The notes below the pieces were generated by a model. That model searched no databases, was not told the DNA's origin, and worked only from the letters and a program-made list of their open reading frames with translations. Below, piece after piece: positions 9,468 to 18,233 of a stretch of DNA of 33,637 nt (positions within the stretch are counted from its first letter, which is position 1; each line of letters opens with the position of its first letter). Location: the NCBI GenBank assembly GCA_002771995.1, contig PCRK01000026.1, positions 1 through 33,637 of the forward strand. Direction: 5' to 3'. Source of the DNA: Candidatus Sherwoodlollariibacterium unditelluris (GTDB taxonomy: Bacteria > Omnitrophota > Gorgyraeia > Gygaellales > Profunditerraquicolaceae). The position numbers and the translations under genes are program-made.

Positions 9468-9560
9468 CACCCGGCCTTATTTGAGAGGCCGGTGTGCGCT
9501 TCTGCGCAACACCCCGCACTTAAAGGAATTGCGCGGGTGTGCACTTATTGTGCTAGGAGG
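9464..9560 (+). repeat. Multi-hairpin intergenic element, related to 4593-4777
   Basis: ATAACACCCGGCCTT...AGGCCGGTGT, TGCGCTTCTGCGCA, CCCGCAC-TTAAAGGAATT-GCGCGGG and GTGCACTTATTGTGC, followed by an AGGAGG Shine-Dalgarno sequence. Confidence 0.7.
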
Positions 9561-9566
9561 ATTTAA

Positions 9567-10385
9567 GTGGTTAAGAAAACTTTAATTATATGGGGCGTTG
9601 TAATATTAACCCTGTTCGTTGCTTTAGCTTTTTTCTTTAAGAAGGATAGCGGTAATAGCGCCTCGCGAAAAGAAGGTAACCCAATTTCTGCTTCAGCGCT
9701 CTTAAATAAAGCAAGGGGCCTAGAGGCCAAGGGAGATTTAGTAAATCTTAAGGATGTATATCAGAAGTTAGTGAATGATTTCCCGAATTCTAATGAGGTA
9801 ATGAATTGGCAGAAAAAAGCCGAGGACATAAATATAAAGCTGCTATTTTCTCCGGCGATAACTGCTAAAAGCGCCCTTTATGAAATTAAACCCGGTGATA
9901 CCCTGGCTAAGATTGCCCGGGAATTTAAAACTACCGTGGATTTAATTAAGAAGAGTAATAATTTAAGCGATGATAGGATTGTTGGGGGTAGGAAGATAAA
10001 GGTTTGGACTGCGCCTTTTAGCATGCTGGTGGATAAATCCCAAAACATATTGATTCTTAAAAGCGATGAAGAGATTATAAGGACTTATATTGTTTCAACG
10101 GGAAAGAATAACTCTACTCCCATAGGTAATTTTAAGATTATCTCTAAGTTGGTCAATCCTGCCTGGTTTAAGTCCGGTACGGTTGTTCCCGCGGGAAGCC
10201 CGGAAAATATTCTGGGGACGCGTTGGATGGGAATTGATTTTCCCGGTTACGGCCTGCACGGAACAACCGATCCCAAGAGCCTTGGTAAACAAGTTACTCA
10301 AGGATGCGTGCGCTTGAGCAATTCTGATGTTGAGGAGCTCTATACTATTGTCCCCATTGGCACAGAAGTAGTTATTGTCGACTAA
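9567..10385 (+). CDS. LysM-domain L,D-transpeptidase (YkuD family)
   Basis: N-terminal membrane anchor; LysM YEIKPGDTLAKIA; catalytic HGT...TQGCVRL. Confidence 0.92.
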   Translation: MVKKTLIIWGVVILTLFVALAFFFKKDSGNSASRKEGNPISASALLNKARGLEAKGDLVNLKDVYQKLVNDFPNSNEVMNWQKKAEDINIKLLFSPAITAKSALYEIKPGDTLAKIAREFKTTVDLIKKSNNLSDDRIVGGRKIKVWTAPFSMLVDKSQNILILKSDEEIIRTYIVSTGKNNSTPIGNFKIISKLVNPAWFKSGTVVPAGSPENILGTRWMGIDFPGYGLHGTTDPKSLGKQVTQGCVRLSNSDVEELYTIVPIGTEVVIVD

Positions 10386-10399
10386 GTGAAGCCACAACC

Positions 10400-10510
10400 C
10401 CCCCATCACTTTCAATATAGCATAGGCTAAATACGAAAGTGATGGGGGATTAATTCGCGCAAATAACTTACGCTGCACTTCGTGCTGCCGTAAGTTATGC
10501 GCTCATTAAA
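10400..10510. repeat. 14-bp inverted repeat (10400-10448) followed by a hairpin-family element (10452-10510)
   Basis: CCCCCATCACTTTC/GAAAGTGATGGGGG; then AATTC-GCGCA-AATAACTTACG...CGTAAGTTA-TGCGC-TCATTAAA. Confidence 0.7.
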
Positions 10511-11458
10511 ATGGCCAGACTTGATTTTGAAAAACCCATTGTTGAGCTTGAGAAGAAAATTCAAGAACTCAAGCATTTTATTTCAGATAAGAAGATCGAT
10601 CTTTCTTCCGAGGTTAAAAAGCTGGAAGATAAGCTTGAGGACTTAAAGAAAGACACCTACACTAATCTTACCCCTTGGCAGATGGTTCAACTTGCCCGGC
10701 ATCCTCAAAGGCCATACACATTAGATTACATAAATATTTTGATGACAGATTTTATGGAACTCCACGGAGATAGGCTTTTCTCCGATGATAAGGCTATTGT
10801 TTCAGGGTTAGCAAGGTTAGATAAGCAGAAGGTTGTGGTTATTGGGCATCAAAAAGGCCGGGATACAAAAGAAAATCTTAAGTGTAATTTCGGCTGCGCT
10901 CATCCGGAGGGTTATCGTAAGGCCTTAAGGATGATGCAGCTGGCCGAAGAATTTAATCTCCCGGTTATAATTTTTATTGATACACCCGGGGCTTATCCGG
11001 GGATAGGAGCGGAAGAGCGCGGGCAGTCTCAGGCAATCGCTACCAATTTAAGAGAGATGGTTTCTATAGCTACTCCGATAATCTCTATAGTCATTGGCGA
11101 GGGCGGATCAGGGGGGGCATTGGGGATAGGGGTTGCGGACCGAGTTTATGTATTAGAAAATTCGTATTATTCAGTTATATCTCCTGAAGGTTGCGCCGCT
11201 ATATTATGGAAAGATGGATCAAAGGCTCCTGAGGCAGCGGCAGCTTTGAAACTAACCGGGGAAGATCTTTTAAGGCTTAAGGTTATTGATGCGGTTATCC
11301 CCGAGCCCTTAGGCGGGGCGCATCGCAATCCTGAAAAGACAGCGCAGAATATAAAAGAAGTTTTGGTTAAAGAGATAAAAGAGCTAAAAAATTTTAAGAA
11401 AGAAGACCTCCTTAAGGCTAGGTATAATAAATTTCGCGGTATGGGAGTTGTGGCATGA
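10511..11458 (+). CDS. accA: Acetyl-CoA carboxylase carboxyltransferase alpha subunit
   Basis: LDFEKPI, ARHPQRP, ELHGDR, PEGYRKA, DTPGAYPG, GEGGSGGAL, YSVISPEGCAAILW. Confidence 0.97.
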   Translation: MARLDFEKPIVELEKKIQELKHFISDKKIDLSSEVKKLEDKLEDLKKDTYTNLTPWQMVQLARHPQRPYTLDYINILMTDFMELHGDRLFSDDKAIVSGLARLDKQKVVVIGHQKGRDTKENLKCNFGCAHPEGYRKALRMMQLAEEFNLPVIIFIDTPGAYPGIGAEERGQSQAIATNLREMVSIATPIISIVIGEGGSGGALGIGVADRVYVLENSYYSVISPEGCAAILWKDGSKAPEAAAALKLTGEDLLRLKVIDAVIPEPLGGAHRNPEKTAQNIKEVLVKEIKELKNFKKEDLLKARYNKFRGMGVVA

Positions 11459-11970
11459 TTGAACAAGAGTTATTACTATTGGGGCTTTTACGCGAAGGCC
11501 CTAAGCATGGCTATGAGATAAAAATTAAAGTTAAGCAGATCCTTTTTTTGTTTGCCGGGATTGAGCTTAAATCCGTATACTATCCCTTAAAAGTATTGGA
11601 ACAAAAAGGCTTGATAGCCAAAAGAATAGCTAAGCTTGGCAGAAGGCCACAGCGCATTGTTTATACCTTGACCGTAAAGGGTAGGAGCCGTTTTGACGAT
11701 CTATTAAGTAAGAGCATTCTACAGCTTAAGCGTCCGCAGTTTAGCCTGGACCTAAGCCTATATTTCATGCATTATTTAAAACCTTCCTCTGCCCGGCGCC
11801 GGGTTCGCGCCAGGCTGCGTATTTTGAATAAGATAGCGTTTGGTTTAACGCAGATGTCTAAGTCTAAGGCAGGTAAGAAACCATTTTCTTTAGCCCGGAT
11901 TCTTGAGCATAATCTTAAAATGCTTCAGGCCGAATCCGATTTCCTCTCTAATTTAATTAAAACCCTATAG
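11455..11970 (+). CDS. PadR-family transcriptional regulator
   Basis: LLGLLREGPKHGYEI, YYPLKVLEQKGLI, VYTLTVKGR; overlaps the accA stop codon (ATGA). Confidence 0.88.
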   Translation: MIEQELLLLGLLREGPKHGYEIKIKVKQILFLFAGIELKSVYYPLKVLEQKGLIAKRIAKLGRRPQRIVYTLTVKGRSRFDDLLSKSILQLKRPQFSLDLSLYFMHYLKPSSARRRVRARLRILNKIAFGLTQMSKSKAGKKPFSLARILEHNLKMLQAESDFLSNLIKTL

Positions 11971-12012
11971 AGAACAGTGTATTGTTTGCAATTTCCCATT
12001 GTATTTTTTCTC

Positions 12013-12072
12013 TTGACAAAGGTTGAACTATTTTTATAATATAATTAAATTTAAATAGTAAAATTTTACTAT
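12013..12072 (+). promoter_or_regulatory. Consensus sigma70 promoter plus perfect 18-bp palindromic operator
   Basis: TTGACA(12013-18)-N16-TATAAT(12035-40); ATAGTAAAA|TTTTACTAT at 12055-12072, 3 nt before ATG 12076. Confidence 0.75.
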
Positions 12073-12075
12073 ATC

Positions 12076-12351
12076 ATGATTATGAATTGGGACTCTGCTA
12101 CAGAAACTAAATTCCGTTTATTTATCTCCAAGATACCGGTTTTCCACCGCCATATTACTGAAGAAGCCGTGGTTAAGAAAGCTGCGGAAAATGCCGGGGC
12201 AAGAGGTTCGGTCCTTGTTGAGGAGCAGGACGTGCTATGCGCATTTTTTTCCGATGTGCCTTCCCCGTTTTACAGTATGATGTGCAGGCTTCTTGAGCAG
12301 ACCGGGTTTGATTATAAGAAATACGGTTTTCCCAAGAATGTAAATAAATGA
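12076..12351 (+). CDS. Small PCP_red/DUF2621-like helical protein
   Basis: The pattern MNW...ISKIPVFHR...AENAGARGSVLVEEQDV resembles the PCP_red fold family. Confidence 0.55.
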   Translation: MIMNWDSATETKFRLFISKIPVFHRHITEEAVVKKAAENAGARGSVLVEEQDVLCAFFSDVPSPFYSMMCRLLEQTGFDYKKYGFPKNVNK

Positions 12352-13355
12352 AAATCGCTGTCATTGGCGCAGGCGCAATAGGCGCCTTAATTGCAGGCTA
12401 CCTTAAGCTAAAGGGCGAAGATGTATCATTAGTCGGCCGGCCTGAGGCAGTTTGTATTATTAATAAAGAAGGACTTAAGATATCGGGGGTAAGGGGGAAT
12501 TTTAAGGTTGATATATTCGCCCATGAAGTCCTAACTTATAAACCTGAGCTCCTGATTTTAGCGACCAAGACACAGGATATTGAGTCTGCGCTAAAGGATA
12601 ACTTAAGCCTGATTAAAGATTCCATTATTGTAACTACGCAAAATGGAGTTCAGGCGGATAATATCGTATCCCGCTATTTACCGCAGGGGAATATTATTTC
12701 GAGCATCGTGATGTTTGGCTCTACTTATTTTTCACCGGGAAAGGTGGTGCATAATTTTGAGGGGAGTTGGGTCTTAGGGGATATTTTCAAGAAAATATCC
12801 GATTCTAGAATACTCTCCGTAAGTTTAACCCTGGATAAAGCATTTACTACAATTATCAGCGAAGATATCTTGGGGATGAAGTATTTAAAGATTTTTGTTA
12901 ATGCTAACAATTGCATTCCTGCGATATTGGGCTTAAGTATGCAGGAGGCTTTTTCTGATCCTGAGGTTAGCCGCGTAAGCATTGGCATCTGGAAAGAGGG
13001 TTTTGATTTACTGTCTCAAGCAGGGATAAAATTGGTTTCTTTACCGGGTTTTCCCGTAGAAAATATAACCAGGCTTATTTCTATCCCTTCAAACGAAGCC
13101 GCGAAGGCATTCTCGGGAATAATGACAAAATTGAGCAAGGATCCTTTATACGGCTCAATCTTGCAGAGTATTAAGCGTGGCCGGAGTTCGGAAATAGATT
13201 ATATTAACGGCGAATTCGTAAGTTTGGCAGAAAGGCATAGATTAACCGCGCCGCTGAATAATAAACTAGTAAGCATGGTGCATGAAGTTGAAGAAACAAA
13301 GAAGTTTTTTAGCAAAGAGGGGCTTTTTAATAGCGTGAAATTATTATTAAACTAA
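12348..13355 (+). CDS. Ketopantoate reductase (ApbA/PanE)-like NAD(P)-dependent reductase
   Basis: KIAVIGAGAIG, ATKTQD, TQNG, KIFVNA, GSILQSIKRGRSSEIDYING. Confidence 0.85.
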   Translation: MKIAVIGAGAIGALIAGYLKLKGEDVSLVGRPEAVCIINKEGLKISGVRGNFKVDIFAHEVLTYKPELLILATKTQDIESALKDNLSLIKDSIIVTTQNGVQADNIVSRYLPQGNIISSIVMFGSTYFSPGKVVHNFEGSWVLGDIFKKISDSRILSVSLTLDKAFTTIISEDILGMKYLKIFVNANNCIPAILGLSMQEAFSDPEVSRVSIGIWKEGFDLLSQAGIKLVSLPGFPVENITRLISIPSNEAAKAFSGIMTKLSKDPLYGSILQSIKRGRSSEIDYINGEFVSLAERHRLTAPLNNKLVSMVHEVEETKKFFSKEGLFNSVKLLLN

Positions 13356-13356
13356 G

Positions 13357-13998
13357 ATGAGCGAAATAAACCCCGTTAGAAATACCGAAAAGACAGGAAG
13401 AGGAAATGAAATTTCTAACGGGGTAAATACTCCTTTCCCAAGATTAAAACTAACCGTAACCGGAGTTTTCGGCGAATGTTACCATGGATATAAAATCGGC
13501 GATGAGATAATCTTGGAGGATTTTACGCATGCGCCAAAACATTTTTGTTTAGGCCTTGTCCACGCGCTGTTTCCGGTAATTTATGCCTTAAGTTTTGGGG
13601 CAAAATTCGGCTTTCGCGATAACCAACGTTCGCTTTTAATCACTTGCCCTGACGGAGGTAAATTAGAGTTTAAGGCAGAAATCTTGGATAAAAATGGTAT
13701 TGTAGAGAACCTTTCCAGGGACCCCAGCCATAAATTTAATCCTAAAAAAATGGTTATTGAAGTAGTCCAGTCTAAAGGCAAATGTACATTTGGCTATAAG
13801 GTGGGGGATAAATGGGAAACCACCGGGTTAAAATGTATTCCCGGGTTTTGCGGAGCGGCATTTCATACCGCATTTCCGGCTTTATTCGCCTTGAATTTTG
13901 GGGCTAACTTCTTTTTTATGGATAGCCCTAATTCCATAGATACGGTCACTTGCCCTGACGGCGGGAATATTATATTTAAGATTACGAGAGTGGAATGA
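13357..13998 (+). CDS. Tandem two-domain TIGR04076-like Cys-rich protein
   Basis: Two internal repeats: GECYHGYKIGD...FC...CPDGG and GKCTFGYKVGD...FC...CPDGG. Confidence 0.75.
   Translation: MSEINPVRNTEKTGRGNEISNGVNTPFPRLKLTVTGVFGECYHGYKIGDEIILEDFTHAPKHFCLGLVHALFPVIYALSFGAKFGFRDNQRSLLITCPDGGKLEFKAEILDKNGIVENLSRDPSHKFNPKKMVIEVVQSKGKCTFGYKVGDKWETTGLKCIPGFCGAAFHTAFPALFALNFGANFFFMDSPNSIDTVTCPDGGNIIFKITRVE
13370..13424. repeat. 14-bp terminal inverted repeat element with a 27-nt spacer, translated in frame
   Basis: ACCCCGTTAGAAAT-N27-ATTTCTAACGGGGT; identical arms at 21160-21214. Confidence 0.9.
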
Positions 13999-13999
13999 T

Positions 14000-15259
14000 A
14001 TGAAAAGAAGAGTGGTTATCACCGGCATAGGGACTATTTCGCCTAACGGTATAGGTAAAGAAGCTGTTTGGCAGGGGATGTCATCCGGAAAATCGGGGGT
14101 AAAATTAGTCGATGGCTTTGATGTTTCAGTCTTTAATACTAAAATTGCCGCCGAAGTACGTGATTTTAATCCTTTTAAATTAGGGTTAAATCACGAAGAA
14201 GCCATGCGCATGGATAGATATGTGCAGTTTGCTGTAGTCGCGGGGAATATGGCGATTAAAGACAGTAAATTAAATTTTGTAAAAGAGGATCCGCAACATA
14301 TTGGGGTTTCTCTGGCTAATGCCATCTGTGGCACAAAATATATGGAAGAGGAATTTGCCCTCGTAACTGATAGCGGCAAAAAGCCAATTGATCCGTCTTT
14401 AGTCAGGCCGGATCTTTATGATGCGGCAATGTTTAATACGCCTTCAATTGAGTTATCCGCAAAATACGGATTAAAAGGGGTATGCAATACACTTTCCACC
14501 GGCTGTACTGCCGGGACAGATTCTCTCGGGTTTGGCTTAGAGACAATTCAGGACGGCGAACAGGATATTATGATTTGCGGCGCGGCAGAAGCGCCGCTGA
14601 CTCCGATTACTTTCGGCGCATTTGATGTAATTAATGTTTTGTCTGTGCATAACGATGAGCCGCAAAAAGCTTCGCGTCCGTTTGACAATAAACGCGACGG
14701 GTTTGTTTTGGCCGAGGGCGCAGGAATCCTGGTTTTAGAGGAATTAAATCATGCTTTAAAGCGCAATGCCAGAATTTATTGCGAAGTCCTTGGTTTCGGC
14801 ACAAGTTGCAATGCATATCACATGACAGATTTACCTTCAGACGGTAGGGCGATGGAGACTTGTATTTCGCTTGCCTTAAAAGATTCCGGGATAAGCCCTA
14901 AAGAGATAGATTATATTAATGCCCATGGATCATCCACGCGCATGAACGATATCTTCGAGACCAGCGCATATAAGGCGATTTTTGGGGATTACGCCTATAA
15001 GTTGCCTATCAGCTCTTTTAAATCTATGATTGGCCATCCTTTGGCTGCGGCAAATGCCATTGAGCTGACTGTAGTTGCGATGATCTTTGACAAAAACATT
15101 CTTCCTCCCACCATTAATCAGGAAGAAAAAGACCCGCAGTGTGATTTATATTATATCCCCAACGAAGCAATACAAAAAAAAGTAAACACGATTATTAAGA
15201 CCAGCAGCGGTTTTTCAGGGATTCATTCATCTTTGGTTTTAAGGAGATATGATGGATAA
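14000..15259 (+). CDS. Type II PKS ketosynthase alpha (KSalpha)
   Basis: Active site LSTGCTAG (KSalpha-type STGCT), SRPFD, DGFVLAEG, YINAHGSST, KSMIGH, SGFSG; overlaps a CLF-like gene. Confidence 0.9.
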   Translation: MKRRVVITGIGTISPNGIGKEAVWQGMSSGKSGVKLVDGFDVSVFNTKIAAEVRDFNPFKLGLNHEEAMRMDRYVQFAVVAGNMAIKDSKLNFVKEDPQHIGVSLANAICGTKYMEEEFALVTDSGKKPIDPSLVRPDLYDAAMFNTPSIELSAKYGLKGVCNTLSTGCTAGTDSLGFGLETIQDGEQDIMICGAAEAPLTPITFGAFDVINVLSVHNDEPQKASRPFDNKRDGFVLAEGAGILVLEELNHALKRNARIYCEVLGFGTSCNAYHMTDLPSDGRAMETCISLALKDSGISPKEIDYINAHGSSTRMNDIFETSAYKAIFGDYAYKLPISSFKSMIGHPLAAANAIELTVVAMIFDKNILPPTINQEEKDPQCDLYYIPNEAIQKKVNTIIKTSSGFSGIHSSLVLRRYDG

Positions 15260-16481
15260 GATTGCGGTTACGGGTATAGGTGTCGTTGCGCCTTCCGGAA
15301 TTGGCAAGCGTCAGTTCTGGGCGAATATTAAAAGCGGCCGCTCTTTTATTAAAGAAATCACCCGTTTTGATTCCTCTAAATACCCATCGCGTATCGCCGG
15401 CCAGATTGATGACTTAGAAAAATATAGCCACATATCAGAGAGGCTCTTAAAGAAGATTGATGCCTTTTCGCATATGGCGCTGATTGCTTCGGAAATGGCC
15501 TTGCAGGATGCTGGTATTGATATTAAGAATGAGGATCCCAGCCTGATCGGGATTTTCTTAGGCAATGCCATCGGCGGTTGGCTTTATGCCGAGACAGAAT
15601 TAAGGGACCTCTATTTAGAAGGCCGTGAAGGAGTTTCCCCTTATATGGCTTCCGCGTGGTTTCCCGCGGCCCCGCAAGGGCAGGTTTCTATTTATTACGG
15701 GATAAAAGGATTTTCTAAAACTGTAGTCGCGGACAGGGCCAGTTCTTTAATGGCTTTAGGCTATGCCCGGAAAGTTTTAGCTAAAAATAAATTAAATATG
15801 ATTTTAGCCGGAGGCATGGAAGCGCCGGTTACGCCCTACGCTTTATTATGCTGTAATACTTATGGCGCGCTTTCCAAGAATAATAATGACCCGGAACATG
15901 CTTACCGGCCATTTGATAAAAAGCGCGACGGTTTTGTTTTAGGGGAGGGGGCAGGTATCGTGGTTATGGAGAGTGTTAACCGGGCTAAGCAAAGAGGAGC
16001 TAATATTTTAGGCTATATCAGCGGTTACGCCACTACCTGCGACGCGGTGGATAGAATAAATTGTGCTCCGGATGGTAAAGAACTGGCCTGGACAATAAAT
16101 AACGCGTTCTCTGAAGCCAAAGTAAACCCGGGGGAGATTGATTATATCAGTTTAGATGGTTTAGCTATTGATTTATGGGATAATTCTGAAATTAACGCCC
16201 TGAAATTAGTTTTCGGGCATAGGTTAAAAGATATTCCTTTAAGCTGCCCGAAATCAATGTTTGGAAATTTGTTGGGGGCATCAGGGGTAGTGGATATGAT
16301 TACTACTATTTTAGCTATGGAGCATAGCCTTGTTCCGATTACCTTAAACTTGGACGCGCCCAGTGTAAATGGGCTAAATTATGTTACCAAAGAAGCTAAA
16401 GAATACAAAATAGATAAAGCCTTAATTATTTCCCGCGGTCGTGGCGGGATTAACGCGGTACTGGTGGTTGAAAAAGCTTAA
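15249..16481 (+). CDS. Type II PKS chain-length factor (KSbeta/CLF)
   Basis: KS fold lacking the catalytic Cys and His residues (VVADRASS, ISLDG, KSMFGNL); CLF-type PYMASAWFPAAPQGQVSI and YRPFD; terminal SRGRGGINA. Confidence 0.88.
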   Translation: MMDKIAVTGIGVVAPSGIGKRQFWANIKSGRSFIKEITRFDSSKYPSRIAGQIDDLEKYSHISERLLKKIDAFSHMALIASEMALQDAGIDIKNEDPSLIGIFLGNAIGGWLYAETELRDLYLEGREGVSPYMASAWFPAAPQGQVSIYYGIKGFSKTVVADRASSLMALGYARKVLAKNKLNMILAGGMEAPVTPYALLCCNTYGALSKNNNDPEHAYRPFDKKRDGFVLGEGAGIVVMESVNRAKQRGANILGYISGYATTCDAVDRINCAPDGKELAWTINNAFSEAKVNPGEIDYISLDGLAIDLWDNSEINALKLVFGHRLKDIPLSCPKSMFGNLLGASGVVDMITTILAMEHSLVPITLNLDAPSVNGLNYVTKEAKEYKIDKALIISRGRGGINAVLVVEKA

Positions 16482-16491
16482 GGAGGATTTA

Positions 16492-17952
16492 ATGAAGATT
16501 TTATTTGTTATGCCAAAAGTCGGTGCTTGGGCAACGCATGGGATACATCGTTCTCCAAATCAGTTATATGCGCATTGGGCAGCCTATATTCGGGAGAGAG
16601 GTTATACAGATGTGGCGGTAATTGACGGAAAAGCTGATCAGATACCTATGGAGCAACTGGTTGAACAGGTGAAGCTTAAAGCACCTGATATTGTGGTAAT
16701 GGGTGAGCAGTTACACGGTTATGGCGGATACGGGGTTTTACGACATTTTAAAGATGCTGCCATTGGGATTAAAAAAGCGCTGCCTAAGACAAAAATAATT
16801 CTCGGTGGGTTATGGTATTCGGCAATGCCTGTGCCTACATTAGAGGAGAATCCTGCAGTTGACTTTGTGGTTATGGGTGAAGAGGAATCTTTTGGAGATT
16901 TAATCGAAGCAATAGATAAAAACAAGCCCCTTAAAGATGTGGCTGGCGTTACTTCCCGTGTCGATGGGCAGATTGTTATGGGGCCGCATAAGCCGCTGAT
17001 GCAAGATTTAGATAAACTCCCTTTACCGGCTTATGATTTGTTCCCGATGGATAAATATGTAGGTCATACTTATTGGAAACCATTTGTAGATATGGTTACC
17101 TCCAGAGGTTGCCCTTCGGCGTGCACCTTTTGTTATGAGTGGGACCAGTTTGACCCACGCTCTCCTTCAGATTTCTTAAAATGGCGGGCTAAATCTCCGG
17201 AAAGAGTTATGGAAGAGTTGAATCTTTTGCATAAAAAATACGGGGTTAAAGTCGTGGTTATTCAGGATGACAATTTTAATGTCGACCCTAAAAGAGTGCA
17301 GAAGTTCTGCAAACTTAAAAAGGCGTCGAATAATCCGATTAAATGGGTATCTTTAGGACGCGCGATTGACTGGGTTAATTGTGAATCAATCCTGCCGCTG
17401 ATGAAGGAGAATGGTTTATTCATGGGTGTTTTTGGCATTGAGGTTACAACTCAGTCAGAGCTTAAGAAAATCGCTAAAGGCATCACTATTGATCAGATTA
17501 AGAGAACCATAGAGATCTTGCGCAAAAATGATATCGCGATTGTCGCGGATATTATGATGGGTTTTGATTATGACACTGAAGAGATTATCAAGCAGCGTTT
17601 TGAGTTTACTGATCAGGTTGATCCGGATATTTTGTGGGTGGGCTATGTTACTCCTGCCCCGAATTCGCCGATGTGGAGAATTGCTTTAAAGAAAAACTGG
17701 ATTGATCCTAAGAAGGTAGATTTTAGCCAATGGGATTTTCTCCACCCGGTAATCCCTACGGATCATCTTACTACGGAAGATCTCGGTCGGCTTGGCTCAT
17801 GGTGTATGCGCGAATTTTTCTCTAAACCCGGGAGAATCAACCGGATTATGGAGAGCAACTTTGACCCGTTAGCCAAACTTTGTTTTAAGGATGTTATGGA
17901 TGGTATCAATAAATGGGAAGCAGCCGCAACTAAAGGTGAAGTACAAATCTAG
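16492..17952 (+). CDS. Cobalamin-binding radical SAM enzyme (BchE/class B methylase-like); probable start at ATG 16492
   Basis: AAGGAGG precedes ATG 16492. N-terminal B12-binding-type domain (IILGG, DFVVMGE), DLDKLPLP, TSRGCPSACTFC (CxxxCxxC), DDNF. Confidence 0.9.
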   Translation: MKILFVMPKVGAWATHGIHRSPNQLYAHWAAYIRERGYTDVAVIDGKADQIPMEQLVEQVKLKAPDIVVMGEQLHGYGGYGVLRHFKDAAIGIKKALPKTKIILGGLWYSAMPVPTLEENPAVDFVVMGEEESFGDLIEAIDKNKPLKDVAGVTSRVDGQIVMGPHKPLMQDLDKLPLPAYDLFPMDKYVGHTYWKPFVDMVTSRGCPSACTFCYEWDQFDPRSPSDFLKWRAKSPERVMEELNLLHKKYGVKVVVIQDDNFNVDPKRVQKFCKLKKASNNPIKWVSLGRAIDWVNCESILPLMKENGLFMGVFGIEVTTQSELKKIAKGITIDQIKRTIEILRKNDIAIVADIMMGFDYDTEEIIKQRFEFTDQVDPDILWVGYVTPAPNSPMWRIALKKNWIDPKKVDFSQWDFLHPVIPTDHLTTEDLGRLGSWCMREFFSKPGRINRIMESNFDPLAKLCFKDVMDGINKWEAAATKGEVQI

Positions 17953-17980
17953 GGACTGTCCCCGGAGGGGACTGTCCCTA
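17950..17980. repeat. Tandem GGGACTGTCCC palindromes (REP-like); third copy at 22537-22549
   Basis: TAGGGACTGTCCCC-GGA-GGGGACTGTCCCTA. Confidence 0.8.
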
Positions 17981-17996
17981 AAATAGGGAGGTTGCT

Positions 17997-18233
17997 ATGG
18001 AGGTAAAGACTAAGATCAAAGAAGTGTTAGTCAATTTATTAAAGGTAAAACTTGATGAATTAAAGGATGAGTTGTCTTTGCAGGATTCAATCGGCGTAGA
18101 TTCAACCGAAATGGTAGAGTTGGTTATCGCGCTTGAGAAGGCTTTTAACGTTAAGCTTTTCCCGAAAGAGGTTACCAAATTTTCTGCTATTAACGATATT
18201 GAGAAAGTTATTAATTCTAAATCCGGAAAATAA
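17997..18233 (+). CDS. Acyl carrier protein
   Basis: 78 aa; phosphopantetheinylation motif IGVDSTEMVEL; GGGAGG Shine-Dalgarno sequence. Confidence 0.93.
   Translation: MEVKTKIKEVLVNLLKVKLDELKDELSLQDSIGVDSTEMVELVIALEKAFNVKLFPKEVTKFSAINDIEKVINSKSGK

Noticed and set aside
14000-16481. Ordinary FabF fatty-acid synthase pair
   Set aside because: The second gene lacks the catalytic Cys/His residues and has CLF motifs, the first has STGCT, and aromatase/cyclase genes are adjacent.
16492-17952. Bacteriochlorophyll synthesis (bchE), suggested together with the PCP_red-like and Mg-chelatase-like genes
   Set aside because: No photosynthesis genes are present; these are broad families, and the ATPase has ComM/YifB motifs.
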